Source: Candidatus Bathyarchaeia archaeon (GTDB taxonomy: Archaea > Thermoproteota > Bathyarchaeia > Bathyarchaeales > Bathycorpusculaceae). Taken from it: a stretch of DNA of 64,000 nt. The stretch is taken from contig JBEKXL010000003.1 of assembly GCA_049512075.1 (NCBI GenBank), positions 64,001 through 128,000 of the forward strand, given 5' to 3'. The translations under genes and the position numbers were made by a program. Below, piece after piece: positions 9,011 to 19,896 of this stretch (positions are counted from its first letter, which is position 1; every line of letters begins with the position of its first letter). The notes below the pieces were generated by a model. The model made no database searches, was not told the DNA's origin, and saw nothing but the letters and a program-made list of their open reading frames with translations.

Positions 9011-9310
9011 TCAGCCGCCGCTCACGATAGGCATCAGGACCACATGGTCTCCGTTCTTGAGTTTTGTTTCGACCCCGTTCAACTGATTAAGCAGGTAACC
9101 GTTAACCGTGGCTATGAAATTTGACTTTATGTCCTTGCCACCGGCTTCATAAAGGGCGTCCTTGAACGACTTCCCATGCTTCTCAGAAAGCACCGTGAGC
9201 AAGTCGCTGATTGACGCATTGTCATCTACGTCAATCTCTTCCTCTCGTCTGCTCCCCAATATGTTCTTGATGTGACCTAGGTACTCAACCTTAACTCTCA
9301 AACCAGGCAC
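9011..9310 (-). CDS. moaD: MoaD/ThiS ubiquitin-like sulfur carrier (SAMP-like)
   Basis: Beta-grasp size, C-terminal PIVSGG. Confidence 0.85.
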   Translation of the reverse strand: MPGLRVKVEYLGHIKNILGSRREEEIDVDDNASISDLLTVLSEKHGKSFKDALYEAGGKDIKSNFIATVNGYLLNQLNGVETKLKNGDHVVLMPIVSGG

Positions 9311-9441
9311 CAGAACGCCATTATTATTTAGATTTGAGGTCGCTATATATCTGTTTCAGTGCCCGACCCAGCTTTTGGAAAGTGCAGCTTTCTGACAATT
9401 CTTTTATGCTTCTCAGACAGTCTAGCTTTAAGGTGCCTTTG

Positions 9442-11124
9442 TTGATATACGACAAGCAAAAATTGGATGAAATCTCTCGGCGCAGGGAAAAATGGGAAGC
9501 AGAGACAGTTCTAAAAAGCTTTGACAAGCTTCCAGAGAGAGGCGAGTTTTCGACAACTTCTCGCATACCTGTAAACCGAGTTTACACTCCAATTGAAGCT
9601 GCAAACGTCGATTACCTGCATGATCTGGGTTTTCCAGGAGATTTTCCTTTCACCCGAGGCGTTTATCCAACGATGTACCGAGCGAGACTCTGGACGATGC
9701 GGCAATACGCAGGCTTCGGAACTGCAGAGCAGACAAACCAGCGCTTCAAGTACCTGCTCAGCCACGGTCAAACTGGCTTGAGCGTGGCCTTTGACTTTCC
9801 AACACAAGTCGGCTACGACTGCGACCATCCGATGGCACTGGGCGAAGTCGGCAAAGTAGGTGTGAGTGCAAGCACGCTGCGAGACATGGAGGTCCTTTTT
9901 GACGGAATCCCCCTCGACAAAGTCACGACTTCAATGACCATTAACGCTCCGGCAAACGTTCTACTCGCAATGTACGCTATCGTGGGACAGAAGCAGGGGG
10001 GTAAACAAGCCAAACTCGGGGGCACCGTTCAGAATGACGTTCTGAAAGAGTACGTTGCCAGGGGCATGTACATTTTCCCGCCTAAGCCCTCAATGCGCAT
10101 GGTAACAGACATTTTCGAGTATTGCTCCCGAAGCATGCCTCAGTGGAACACTATCAGCATAAGCGGTTACCACATCCGCGAAGCGGGTTCCACGGCAGTT
10201 CAGGAAGTTGCATTCACTCTCGCCAACGCCATCGCGTACGTGCAAGCTGCCGTTGACAGAGGACTGGACTTGGACGGATTCGCCGGCAGATTGTCATTCT
10301 TCTTTGCAGCACACGGCAACTTCCTCGAAGAAGTGGCAAAGTTTAGGGCCGCAAGACGTCTATGGGCGCGAATCATGAAGGACCGCTTCGGAGCCAAAAA
10401 TCCAAACTCTTGGATGCTACGGTTCCACACTCAGACTTCTGGTGTTTCACTGACGGCTCAACAACCCTACAACAACATCGTACGCGTGGCGTTACAGGCG
10501 TTGTCAGCCGTCTTGGGAGGAACGCAGTCCCTACACACGAACTCTTTTGACGAAGCCTATGCGTTGCCGAGTGAACAGGCAGTCACCGTTGCGTTGAGAA
10601 CACAGCAGATAATCGCTCACGAGAGTGGTGTAACAGAAACTGCAGATCCCTTGGCAGGCTCGTATTACGTCGAGTCTCTGACGAATGAGATTGAAGAGAG
10701 GGCTCTGAAGTACATTGAACACATCGACGGCATGGGCGGGGCAGTTACAGCCATCGAGAAGGGATTCATGCAGCGGGAAATCACCGAGAGCGCCTACAGT
10801 TTCCAGAAGGAGGTTGAAACCAAGAAGCGAACCGTGGTAGGTGTGAATGACTTCCTGAGCGAAGAGGAGGTTCCGATGAAACTGTTACAGATTGACCCAA
10901 CGACTGAAAAAAGACTCGTTGAACAGTTGAAACTGGTCAAGCAGCGAAGAAACGAAGTCAAGACAAGGGAAGATTTGCACAAGCTCCGAGGCGCGGCTGA
11001 ACAGGAAAACGTGAACCTGATGCCGTTCATAATCGAAGCCGTGAAGGAATACGCAACGTTAGGCGAGATATGCGGCACCCTGCGTGAGGTTTTCGGCGAG
11101 TACAAACCGCCGTCCATATTCTAG
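9442..11124 (+). CDS. Methylmalonyl-CoA mutase, large (substrate-binding) subunit; start likely TTG near 9439-9442
   Basis: [18 protein letters not shown] (Tyr), KEYVARG (Arg), [21 protein letters not shown]; no B12-binding domain (split type). Confidence 0.92.
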   Translation: MIYDKQKLDEISRRREKWEAETVLKSFDKLPERGEFSTTSRIPVNRVYTPIEAANVDYLHDLGFPGDFPFTRGVYPTMYRARLWTMRQYAGFGTAEQTNQRFKYLLSHGQTGLSVAFDFPTQVGYDCDHPMALGEVGKVGVSASTLRDMEVLFDGIPLDKVTTSMTINAPANVLLAMYAIVGQKQGGKQAKLGGTVQNDVLKEYVARGMYIFPPKPSMRMVTDIFEYCSRSMPQWNTISISGYHIREAGSTAVQEVAFTLANAIAYVQAAVDRGLDLDGFAGRLSFFFAAHGNFLEEVAKFRAARRLWARIMKDRFGAKNPNSWMLRFHTQTSGVSLTAQQPYNNIVRVALQALSAVLGGTQSLHTNSFDEAYALPSEQAVTVALRTQQIIAHESGVTETADPLAGSYYVESLTNEIEERALKYIEHIDGMGGAVTAIEKGFMQREITESAYSFQKEVETKKRTVVGVNDFLSEEEVPMKLLQIDPTTEKRLVEQLKLVKQRRNEVKTREDLHKLRGAAEQENVNLMPFIIEAVKEYATLGEICGTLREVFGEYKPPSIF

Positions 11125-11678
11125 TTTATTACGAAGAGCGTTTCCCCTTCGTTCACAGGTGTCCCCTCAGCAACGTTTACCTCTTGAATCGTCCCGGCTC
11201 TGGGCGCCGAGATTTCGTTTTCCATTTTCATGGCTTCAATCACGCATAAGACTTGACTGGCCTTGACCTGGTCGCCCTTCTTCACCTTGACATTAATTAT
11301 CTTGCCAGTCATGGGGGCAGTCACCGCGCCCTCGACAGCCACCTTCTTGTTTGTCCCCGTCTTCTTCACGGCAACTCGCGGTGTCGGTTCAAAACTCGTT
11401 AGTGCCTGTCCTTTGTTGGCAGTCTTGACTTCCACTTCAAACCCGGCTTCTTCAACCTTGACAGGAATCTTTTTTCCCCATTCGACTTTGGGCAGTTCAA
11501 TCTTGTAGGTTTTGCCGTCTATTTCTATGACAGAGGCTTTTTCTGACGCGATTCCGTCTCTTTGAAGTTTGATTTGCCGAGGTCTGCCGTCCACCTTGGC
11601 TGTAAAAGAGTCCGGCGATGTTCTAGTCAATTCGATTTTTCGCGGTCTGCCGTTTATGACGGCTTCGTAGTCAGGCAT
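11121..11678 (-). CDS. Biotin carboxyl carrier protein (1.3S-like)
   Basis: [15 protein letters not shown] biotinylation motif. Confidence 0.92.
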   Translation of the reverse strand: MPDYEAVINGRPRKIELTRTSPDSFTAKVDGRPRQIKLQRDGIASEKASVIEIDGKTYKIELPKVEWGKKIPVKVEEAGFEVEVKTANKGQALTSFEPTPRVAVKKTGTNKKVAVEGAVTAPMTGKIINVKVKKGDQVKASQVLCVIEAMKMENEISAPRAGTIQEVNVAEGTPVNEGETLFVIN

Positions 11679-11679
11679 T

Positions 11680-13224
11680 CTATGCGCCTCTTTCTGTCAC
11701 GTTCCGGCGACCTGCGAGAACCCAAGGCGATATCGTACCCTTGGGCCGGCGTTGGACAAGTGCCTGCAAGCCCGAGTTTGATGAGGTGAAGGTGGCAATT
11801 GTGGCCGATAGTGCCGCAACCTCTTCGAGTTCAGCAAGCCTTTCGGGCGGTATTGTCGTCTTCGTCTCTCCGCGCTGGGCTTTTCTCTTCTTAAAGAACT
11901 CGAAAGCTGTCTGAGGGAAGAGTACGTATGTGAGCTTGTCTTCTTCAGTCTCTAGGTAAGGCTTCACATCGTCTGGTATCTTGTCTAATGCTGGTTCCAG
12001 CTGGTCGGCTGGACGGCCAGTTATAGGTTCTTCGTCGCCGATGATTTTCTTCTTGATTTTTGGGTCTATTGGCGCTGGAGGTTTTCCATACAGGCCTCGG
12101 ACGTAATCCTTTATTTCTTTTGGCACTATGCTGTACCGTTTACCTGAAATGACGTTCAGAACAGCTTGAATCCCCACTAGCTGGCTGGTGGGCGTTACGA
12201 GAGGCGGATACCCCAATTCTTTTCTGACCCTGGGCACTTCCTCAAGAACCTCACTCAGCCGATCCAGTGCTTTCTGCTCCCGAAGCTGCTCCAACAAGTT
12301 AGAAAACATCCCGCCCGGAATCTGATGAACGATTATCGAGGCATCGACTCGTTCAGCCTTCGGGTCGATGAGCTTCAATGGATCGTAGTATTTTTCGCGC
12401 AGTTCTCGGAAGTACTGTGCTATTTCGTCCAGAAGCCCGCTGTCTAAGCATGTGTCGTACGGGGTTCCCCTGAGTCCCGCTACGACGGACTCCACAGGTG
12501 GTTGTGATGTACCCCAGGCCAAGGGTGAAAAGGCTGTGTCCAAGATGTCTACGCCTGCCTCGCAGGAACGCAGGTAGGTCATCATCGCCATTCCGCTGGT
12601 GCTGTGAGTGTGCAAGTGCACTGGCAAACCTACTTCTTTCTTCAGAGCCGTGATCAAGTTGTACGCGGGTTGAGGTGCGAGCATGCCAGCCATGTCCTTT
12701 ATACAGATGGAGTCACAGTCCAGCTCGGCGAGTTTCTTCGCGAATTCTACGAAGTGCCCTACAGTGTGGACAGGGCTTATCGTGTAACTGATTGTTCCCT
12801 GGGCATGCTTGCCGACTTTTTTGACCGTTTTGATGGCGACTTCCATGTTTCTGATGTCGTTCAAGGCGTCGAATATTCGGAAAATGTCAACACCGTTTTC
12901 CGCAGCCTTTTCCACGAACTTTATCACGACATCGTCGGGGTAGTTGTGGTAACCGACCACGTTTTGTCCGCGCAGAAGCATTTGCAAGCGTGTCTTTTTG
13001 ACATGTTGCTTCAACTTTCTGATACGTTCCCAAGGGTCCTCGCCTAGAAAACGAATTGCAACGTCGAACGTCGCCCCGCCCCATGCCTCCAAAGAGAAGA
13101 AACCGACCTCGTCCATCTTCTCAGCGATCGGGAGCATCGTCTCTGTCCGCATTCTGGTGGCGAGTAGGCTTTGATGCGCGTCCCGGAAAGTGGTATCAGT
13201 GATTTTGACGGGTTTCGAAGCCAA
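11680..13224 (-). CDS. Pyruvate/oxaloacetate carboxyltransferase (transcarboxylase 5S / PycB / OadA-like) without a fused biotinyl domain
   Basis: DTTFRDAHQSLLATRM, WGGATFD, CIKDMAG, HLHTH, GYPPLVTPTSQ; ends in a SPWVLAGR tail. Confidence 0.9.
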   Translation of the reverse strand: MASKPVKITDTTFRDAHQSLLATRMRTETMLPIAEKMDEVGFFSLEAWGGATFDVAIRFLGEDPWERIRKLKQHVKKTRLQMLLRGQNVVGYHNYPDDVVIKFVEKAAENGVDIFRIFDALNDIRNMEVAIKTVKKVGKHAQGTISYTISPVHTVGHFVEFAKKLAELDCDSICIKDMAGMLAPQPAYNLITALKKEVGLPVHLHTHSTSGMAMMTYLRSCEAGVDILDTAFSPLAWGTSQPPVESVVAGLRGTPYDTCLDSGLLDEIAQYFRELREKYYDPLKLIDPKAERVDASIIVHQIPGGMFSNLLEQLREQKALDRLSEVLEEVPRVRKELGYPPLVTPTSQLVGIQAVLNVISGKRYSIVPKEIKDYVRGLYGKPPAPIDPKIKKKIIGDEEPITGRPADQLEPALDKIPDDVKPYLETEEDKLTYVLFPQTAFEFFKKRKAQRGETKTTIPPERLAELEEVAALSATIATFTSSNSGLQALVQRRPKGTISPWVLAGRRNVTERGA

Positions 13225-13350
13225 GAGGGTTAGCTTTCCTTAATCGTCTTATCTCAAACGTGGAAAAATGAGGTGAAGCTCTATTAATTTCTGATGGTCC
13301 CCCAGGATATTTCTGATGGCTTGTTTGAATATTCGAGAGTATAATGCATG

Positions 13351-14616
13351 CTACCCGCTGGAAGGCGTGGGAGGGGTACTGGAAAGGGAGCGTTTTCCTC
13401 TTGTTTTAGTTTCCACCAATTTCAAGATGGGCGGAACCTGCAGAACCCATGGAACAGCCGCCACTATGAACGGCACAGCGACCCACGCCTGAGTCTGCCA
13501 GAGCCAAGTGCTGATGAAAGGCCCAAAAAACGATCCAACTCCCATCATCGCGTTAATTATCCCCCAAACTCTCGCTCTCCGCGCGTCATGCACAAGCTCC
13601 ATCAGCCAAGCCTGATATGCGGGAGAACCGAGGTTGCCAAAAGCAAACAAACCCACACTGACAAGGATAAACTGGAAAAGTGATCCAGTGAATGCCAAAC
13701 CAACGACAAACGGTGCCCCCAACAAGCTTGCGAGCAACAGAGGTTTCCTGCCAAATCTATCCGCCAAGAATCCGCCGGGAACCTGAACAAGCGCTGTCGC
13801 CAAACCCGAACCCAACGAGAATATCAGGCCCAACTGTGTGGCATCGACACCCAACTTGTAAATTGGAAAATCTCTGATCAAAGGTCCACCTAACCCATTA
13901 GCCACGCCCGTGAGAAGAGCGATTGCACCGAAGAGCCACAGAACCTTAGCCAACGGCATCGGAGCCTTTTCTGCAGCCTGAATATCTGAAACCTGGCCCA
14001 GAGGAACAACCCTGCCAGAAACATTCACGAGCCCGAAAGAAGCGACCAAACCAACAACTGCCACGGCTGAACCAATCATGAACGGAAACCGCAACCCTAC
14101 ACTGTCAACCAAAACGCCTCCTATCAAAGGCGCCGGCACCGTACTAATCATCCAGAACAAATTGAACCCGCCAAAAGCTTTCCCCCTCGAACTCAATCTG
14201 CTCAAATCGGCCACAAAAGCCGTGAAAGCCGGCTGAAACAAGGCCATCGCAAACATATGCACAAAATACCCGAGTACAACCAAGAACACACTCGTGACTA
14301 CCGAATAAAAAAACAAGCTTGGAGCCAAGACCACGCAAGCCAATCCAATCGTCAGCTTCTTACCAACCCTATCTGCCAGAAAACCTCCAACAAAACTCCC
14401 CGAAATCATCGCCAGACTGCTCACTGAAATCAACACCCCGATAAACTCAGTCGTAGCCTCAGGCGTCACTGCCAAAGACTTGACAAGAAAAAACACTGCA
14501 GAACCTGAAACCATCGAACTCGCAAAATTCGTAAAAAACACGATTGCCAACAGCAACAGATAATTCCGAGACCAGTAGCGACCAGAAAACAACCCTTGCT
14601 CAGCAGAGCCTGTCAT
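13351..14616 (-). CDS. MFS transporter; start uncertain (14616 or 14682)
   Basis: About 12 TM segments; GGFLADRVGKK and GGFLADRFGRK motif A copies. Confidence 0.88.
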   Translation of the reverse strand: MTGSAEQGLFSGRYWSRNYLLLLAIVFFTNFASSMVSGSAVFFLVKSLAVTPEATTEFIGVLISVSSLAMISGSFVGGFLADRVGKKLTIGLACVVLAPSLFFYSVVTSVFLVVLGYFVHMFAMALFQPAFTAFVADLSRLSSRGKAFGGFNLFWMISTVPAPLIGGVLVDSVGLRFPFMIGSAVAVVGLVASFGLVNVSGRVVPLGQVSDIQAAEKAPMPLAKVLWLFGAIALLTGVANGLGGPLIRDFPIYKLGVDATQLGLIFSLGSGLATALVQVPGGFLADRFGRKPLLLASLLGAPFVVGLAFTGSLFQFILVSVGLFAFGNLGSPAYQAWLMELVHDARRARVWGIINAMMGVGSFFGPFISTWLWQTQAWVAVPFIVAAVPWVLQVPPILKLVETKTRGKRSLSSTPPTPSSG

Positions 14617-14768
14617 GCTTTCAAACTCGAAACAACAAACAGGCAACTCCATAATTCTTAAAGGCTTCGCATCGACATGCACGTCAAAATGCTCACTGAG
14701 CCTAAACTATATGAGAAAAAGCGCGAAACCTGACGTCACTCCCATATTCAATCAAATCCGGGTCTAAT

Positions 14769-16337
14769 TCATAAAGGTACGTTGGAGTGTTTTCTGGACG
14801 GGCGGCTTTCGCGTTTTGTAGCCAGACTTTCGAGGGCGCTGATGAGTTTCGGCCGGGTTTCGGAGGGTTTGATGACCTCGTCTATGTATCCTTTCTGTGC
14901 GGCGATGTAGGGGCTTGCGAATTTCTGGCGGTACTCACTTACGAGCTCGTTGTGTTTTTGTTGAGGGTCTTTAGCTTCAGAGATTTCCTTTCTGAAGATT
15001 ATGTTGATGGCACCGTGAGGACCCATGACGGCGATTTCGGCTGTCGGCCATGCATAGTTGATGTCGGCGCCTGAGTGTTTGCTTCCCATGACGTCGTAAG
15101 CTCCGCCGTAGTCTTTTCTGAGGATGACTGTTATCTTCGGCACAGTGGCTTCGCAATAAGCGTACAGGAGTTTGGAGCCGTGTTTGATTATTCCGCCGTG
15201 CTCTTGTTCGATGCCGGGCAGGAAGCCGGGCACGTCTACGAATGTTATTATTGGGATGTTGAAGGCGTCGCAGAAACGGACGAACCTGCCAGCCTTCATC
15301 GAACTGTTAATGTCCAACGCTCCTGAGTAGTGAGCGGGTTGATTAGCCACTATTCCTATGGGTTTCCCGTTCAAGCGTGCGAAGCCGATTACGATGTTCT
15401 GTGCCCAAAGAGGTTGAACCTCGAAGAATTCTCCGTTGTCTACCACTCGGACAATGATTTCTTTCACGTCGTAGGGTTTGTCAGGGTCGTCTGGAAGCAC
15501 TTTGGACAAGCCTTCATCAACGCGGTTCGGGTCGTCACCAGTCTCTACAACAGGCGGATCCTCCAAGTAGTTGCTGGGCAAGTAGCTTAGAATCTTCTTG
15601 ATTATTTGGATGCACTGTTCTTCGTCCTTTGCGATGAAGTGAGCAACACCGCTGGTTTGACTGTGAACCATAGCCCCGCCGAGATCTTCGAAAGACACTT
15701 CTTGCCCCAGCACCGTCTTCACGACGTCTGGGCCTGTGATGAACATGTGGCTCGTCTTGTCCACCATAACTATAAAGTCAGTCAAGGCCGGCGAATACAC
15801 AGCTCCACCAGCACAAGGCCCCATCACAGCTGAAATCTGCGGTACTACTCCTGAGCTTACCACGTTCCTAAAGAAAATGTCACCGTACCCAGCAAGGCTT
15901 GCCACACCCTCCTGAATCCTAGCTCCCCCAGAGTCGTTCAAGCCGATGACCGGCGCGCCAGTTTTCAAAGCCAAATCCATAAGCTTGCACACTTTCTTTG
16001 CAAACATCTCACCAAGAGAACCCCCAAAAACAGTGAAATCCTGCGAGAAGACATAGACGAGTCTGCCATCAACCATCCCATAGCCCGTCACAACGCCGTC
16101 GCCGAGGAATTTTCGGTCGGATACTCCAAATTCCGTGCACTGGTGAACAACAAACTGGTCAATCTCGTTGAAACTACCTTCATCAAGCAAAAGTTCAATG
16201 CGCTCTCTAGCCGTTAGCTTGCCTTTAGCATGTTGCTCTTCAATTCGTTTCTGCCCACCACCCAGCCTAGCCTGCTCCCTCAACCCCTTCAGTTTCTTGA
16301 TCTTCTCCTCTACTGGAGGTTCCTTCGACATGGTCAT
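14769..16337 (-). CDS. Methylmalonyl/propionyl-CoA carboxyltransferase (12S / PccB / MmdA-like)
   Basis: [47 protein letters not shown]. Confidence 0.93.
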   Translation of the reverse strand: MTMSKEPPVEEKIKKLKGLREQARLGGGQKRIEEQHAKGKLTARERIELLLDEGSFNEIDQFVVHQCTEFGVSDRKFLGDGVVTGYGMVDGRLVYVFSQDFTVFGGSLGEMFAKKVCKLMDLALKTGAPVIGLNDSGGARIQEGVASLAGYGDIFFRNVVSSGVVPQISAVMGPCAGGAVYSPALTDFIVMVDKTSHMFITGPDVVKTVLGQEVSFEDLGGAMVHSQTSGVAHFIAKDEEQCIQIIKKILSYLPSNYLEDPPVVETGDDPNRVDEGLSKVLPDDPDKPYDVKEIIVRVVDNGEFFEVQPLWAQNIVIGFARLNGKPIGIVANQPAHYSGALDINSSMKAGRFVRFCDAFNIPIITFVDVPGFLPGIEQEHGGIIKHGSKLLYAYCEATVPKITVILRKDYGGAYDVMGSKHSGADINYAWPTAEIAVMGPHGAINIIFRKEISEAKDPQQKHNELVSEYRQKFASPYIAAQKGYIDEVIKPSETRPKLISALESLATKRESRPSRKHSNVPL

Positions 16338-16523
16338 ACCGGATTCCCTCAATTTTGGCAGTAATATTGTCCTATTAAGTATTTAGACATATACAGATTC
16401 TTGCAATCAAACTTCAAAAAACATGACGCCAAAAAGCCTTCTGCAAAAAAGGTATCTTCGAATCTCCATTCGGCGGGCGCTACGTCCAGATACGACAGAT
16501 ATTGGACAAGTTGCTCAACTTAA

Positions 16524-17321
16524 CTAAAGCTTTCCGAAGACAAGGTCGCCTACAAGGATTCGTCTTTTGGTCCCGTCTTCAAGCTTCAGGATCAGCGCAC
16601 CCTCAAGATCAACATCCAACGCCAAACCATTCAACCTTTCATTCTCATCTGTAACCAGTATCGTATGACCCAGAAACCCTGCATATCTATTCCACCTTTC
16701 GAGCAGAGGAACAAAGCCGGTTTCCACGTACCCGTCGTAGATGCTCTCCATTTTCTCAAGCAATGCCTTGAGCAAACCTCCCAAACGGATTTTTCGGCCA
16801 AGCTCGTCTTCAATTGAAGTTGCGGTGGTTTTCACCGATTCCGGCAAAACGTCATTTGCAGAAAAGTTTGCGTTCACTCCAGCGCCCAGGATAACGTAGT
16901 TGACGCTTTCGCCTTTCGTGTTCATTTCAGCGAGTATGCCGCAGATCTTCTTGCCGTTCACGAGCACATCGTTGGGCCACTTTGTCTCGGTTCTCAGTCC
17001 GTACTTCTCATGTAACACTTCAGCCACAGCCAAACTGGCCACAAAAACCAGCTTTGCAGCTTCACTGGCTTTCTGATCAGGCCGGAGAACGATTGAAAAC
17101 CATAATCCGCCTCTAGGCGAGATCCACTCTCTCCCACGTCTTCCCCGTCCGCCTGTCTGAGTCTGCGCTACCGCAACTGTTCCTTCTTCCGCACCCATCT
17201 TGGCAAGTTTCTTGGCCCAATCGCTCGTCGACTTGACTTCGCGACTGAAGAAGACGCGTCTTCCAAAGCGTTTGGTGCGCAAACTCTCTTGGAACTTTTC
17301 TAGTTTTATGTCTGTCGACAC
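16524..17321 (-). CDS. birA: Biotin protein ligase (no HTH)
   Basis: QTGGRGRRGREW.SP, KWPND, KKICGIL. Confidence 0.93.
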   Translation of the reverse strand: MSTDIKLEKFQESLRTKRFGRRVFFSREVKSTSDWAKKLAKMGAEEGTVAVAQTQTGGRGRRGREWISPRGGLWFSIVLRPDQKASEAAKLVFVASLAVAEVLHEKYGLRTETKWPNDVLVNGKKICGILAEMNTKGESVNYVILGAGVNANFSANDVLPESVKTTATSIEDELGRKIRLGGLLKALLEKMESIYDGYVETGFVPLLERWNRYAGFLGHTILVTDENERLNGLALDVDLEGALILKLEDGTKRRILVGDLVFGKL

Positions 17322-17334
17322 CTAGGGCCCGCCG

Positions 17335-17751
17335 TTATGGCCCCTCACAGAGCTCCAAAAGGACACCTCTAGTGCTTTTTGGATGGACAAAAGCTATCTT
17401 CTTCCCCTCTGCCCCCGCCTTGGGCTTTTCATCAATCAATGTTAACCCCTTATGTTTGAACTCTTCAAGCGTGGCTTCAATATCGTCAACCCTCAAAGCC
17501 AAATGGTGTAATCCTTCGCCATGGGATGAAAGAAACTTCGCGATAGTGCTTTCATTGTTAAGCGGCTCCAACAGCTCAATGTGCGCTTCGTTACCGATTG
17601 AAAAAAAAGCCACTCTGACCCCTCGTTCGGCGAGGACATGAATGCCTTCAAGTTTCAAACCCAGAACATCCCGATACAAGCCAATTGCCCCATCCAGATC
17701 CTTCACCGCAACTCCAATATGATCCAACCGTCTGCCCGACACAGTCATCAA
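17335..17751 (-). CDS. mce: Methylmalonyl-CoA epimerase
   Basis: DHIGVAV, IELLEP, EGLHHLA, FVHPKSTRGVLLEL. Confidence 0.93.
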   Translation of the reverse strand: MMTVSGRRLDHIGVAVKDLDGAIGLYRDVLGLKLEGIHVLAERGVRVAFFSIGNEAHIELLEPLNNESTIAKFLSSHGEGLHHLALRVDDIEATLEEFKHKGLTLIDEKPKAGAEGKKIAFVHPKSTRGVLLELCEGP

Positions 17752-17847
17752 CCTTCTTCAATGATGCTAGAAAGCATGTCAAACACGCTATAAAGAGTTT
17801 CTAGACGCACTTTGAGGACCCTTGAGAATAGGAAGGTTGCAAACGTT

Positions 17848-17855
17848 TTTAAATA
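17848..17855 (+). promoter_or_regulatory. TATA box; probable leaderless transcript
   Basis: TTTAAATA ending 23 nt before the parvulin ATG. Confidence 0.5.
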
Positions 17856-17877
17856 ATGCCCAAAATATCAGTAACTC

Positions 17878-18153
17878 ATGCCAGATAAAGTTCATTGTGC
17901 TCACATCCTCGTGAAAACAGAACCAGAAGCCAAAGCTGTCTTAGACCGACTGAACAAAGGCGAAAAATTCACGAACATAGCCAAGGAAGTCTCACTCTGC
18001 CCATCTGGAAAACGTGGCGGAGATCTGGGCACCTTCGCCAGAGGGAAAATGGTTAAGGAATTCGAAACCTGCGCATTCACGCTTCAGAGAGGACAAACCT
18101 CAGCCATCGTGAAGACTAAATTTGGATACCACATAATAAAGAGACTCGAGTAA
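17878..18153 (+). CDS. ppiC: Parvulin-type peptidyl-prolyl isomerase
   Basis: HILVK, SLCPSGKRGGDLG.F, MVKEFE, VKTKFGYHII. Confidence 0.93.
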   Translation: MPDKVHCAHILVKTEPEAKAVLDRLNKGEKFTNIAKEVSLCPSGKRGGDLGTFARGKMVKEFETCAFTLQRGQTSAIVKTKFGYHIIKRLE

Positions 18154-18203
18154 ACACAGCCGACACTATATTGGTAGTAACAGTCACGAATTGAGAGACT
18201 CTC

Positions 18204-18791
18204 TCAGTCTGAGCGAGACCCAACTACGTTGGCGAAGTTTCTGAGGATTTCTTCCCCGTGCTCAGTATTGTTCACTTCGGGATGAAACTGAACCCCGTAG
18301 TAAGGCTTCTCCAAATGCTTCACAGCTTGCACACTGCAATTGTCTGACATGGCGAGCACTCTGAACCCTTTTGTGGACTTCACCTCGTCGTTGTGTGACT
18401 CCCAAACAAGAAACTCTTTGGGCAAACCCTTGAACAGTTCGTCTTCTTCGATGATTCTTATCCTTGCCAGTCCGTATTCGGGAACCTCAGAAGGCCCAGC
18501 CTTACCGCCACAATGCAAAACCATCAGTTGAAGTCCCACGCAGATGCCCAGAATCGGCCCTTCAAAGCTTTGCAAGTAATCGATGCACTTGCCCAGTTTG
18601 GGAGATTCCCAAGCGATTCGAGGCGCTCCTCCGCTCAGAACTAAAGCGTCAGCCTCTATCTCGTCTACAGGCGTGGTGTTGGCGATGATCTTCGAATCGC
18701 AACCGATTTCCTTCAAAACTCTCCATATCCTATGTGTCCATTGGCCACCGTTATCCGCAACGTAGATTCTTGTTGGTCTACTCATACTCAA
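18204..18791 (-). CDS. guaAA: GMP synthase glutamine amidotransferase subunit
   Basis: DNGGQWTH, PILGICVG, ESHND, GVQFHPE. Confidence 0.92.
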   Translation of the reverse strand: MSMSRPTRIYVADNGGQWTHRIWRVLKEIGCDSKIIANTTPVDEIEADALVLSGGAPRIAWESPKLGKCIDYLQSFEGPILGICVGLQLMVLHCGGKAGPSEVPEYGLARIRIIEEDELFKGLPKEFLVWESHNDEVKSTKGFRVLAMSDNCSVQAVKHLEKPYYGVQFHPEVNNTEHGEEILRNFANVVGSRSD

Positions 18792-19731
18792 TCGTCCCCG
18801 GCGGCTTGTTCGTCACGTCGAAAACAACCCTAGTGACAAAATCTTTCAGCGTGTTCGTGATTCTCACGGATATTCTCTCCAGCACGGCATGCGGAATCTT
18901 CGAGTACGCAGCGCTCATTCCATCCAGACTCTCAACCGCGCGAACCGCAATTATGTTCCCGTAAACCCTCACGTCGCCATGAACCCCCACGGTCTTGCAC
19001 GGCAGCAACACAGCGAAGTACTGCCACGGCCTGCTCATCTCTCCGTTGGCTGCAGCCTTCTCAATCTCCTCCTCTGCAATTGCGCAAGCTTCTCTAACGA
19101 TTCCCGCGCTGGCGGGATCGGCTTCTCCAAGTATCCTCACCGCCAAGCCGGGGCCTGGAAACGGCTGGCGCCCATAAAGCTCCTCAGGAAGACCTAGCTC
19201 TTTTCCGACGACTCTCACTTCGTCCTTGTACAGATCTCTTAACGGCTCGACGATTTCGAATTCTATCTTTTCAGGCAAACCGCCGACGTTGTGATGGGAC
19301 TTTATTCTGTCCCTGAGCCCACCTCCACTCTCTATCCAGTCCGGAGCGATTGTTCCTTGAACAAAAAACTTGGCGTTCTCCTTTCTGGCAACTTCCTCAA
19401 ACACTCTAATGAACAATTCACCGATGATTTTCCTCTTCTGCTCTGGATCAAATATGCCTTTTAGCTTATCATAGAACCGTTCCTTGGCGTCCACGACAAT
19501 GACGTTCAAACCCAGTTTTCTCAACATTTTTTCATTGTTCTCTATCTCGTTCTTCCTCATGTAACCAGTATCCACCAAGACACAGCGCAAGTTCGTCCCG
19601 ATAGCCTTGTTCACCAGAATCGCCGCAGTGGTTGAATCAACACCGCCAGAAACGCCCATGACAGCAACACCCTTTATCCTATCAGCCAATTCCTTAACGG
19701 TCTCGTCTATGAAACTTGCAGCATTGAACAT
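18778..19731 (-). CDS. guaAB: GMP synthase ATP-pyrophosphatase subunit
   Basis: SGGVDS, QGTIAPDWIES, IKSHHNVGG, PFPGPGL, KPPGTIEYE; likely start MFNAASF. Confidence 0.93.
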   Translation of the reverse strand: MFNAASFIDETVKELADRIKGVAVMGVSGGVDSTTAAILVNKAIGTNLRCVLVDTGYMRKNEIENNEKMLRKLGLNVIVVDAKERFYDKLKGIFDPEQKRKIIGELFIRVFEEVARKENAKFFVQGTIAPDWIESGGGLRDRIKSHHNVGGLPEKIEFEIVEPLRDLYKDEVRVVGKELGLPEELYGRQPFPGPGLAVRILGEADPASAGIVREACAIAEEEIEKAAANGEMSRPWQYFAVLLPCKTVGVHGDVRVYGNIIAVRAVESLDGMSAAYSKIPHAVLERISVRITNTLKDFVTRVVFDVTNKPPGTIEYE

Positions 19732-19896
19732 GGCGGCTACCACACGGTAGGATTGAATAGGGCACCTATAAAAGTCTTGTAAACACGTTTCGGGAATCCA
19801 CTCGACAACACGAACATCCTTACTGAGAAGAAAACTGGAAAAACTATAAAACACAGGTCACAGACTTACCTAATCTCCAATCAATAACAAAGACAG

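Noticed and set aside
11121-16337. Na+-pumping decarboxylase or ATP-dependent propionyl-CoA/pyruvate carboxylase
   Set aside because: No OadB/MmdB or biotin carboxylase gene in the window and the only membrane gene is an MFS; not excluded elsewhere in the genome
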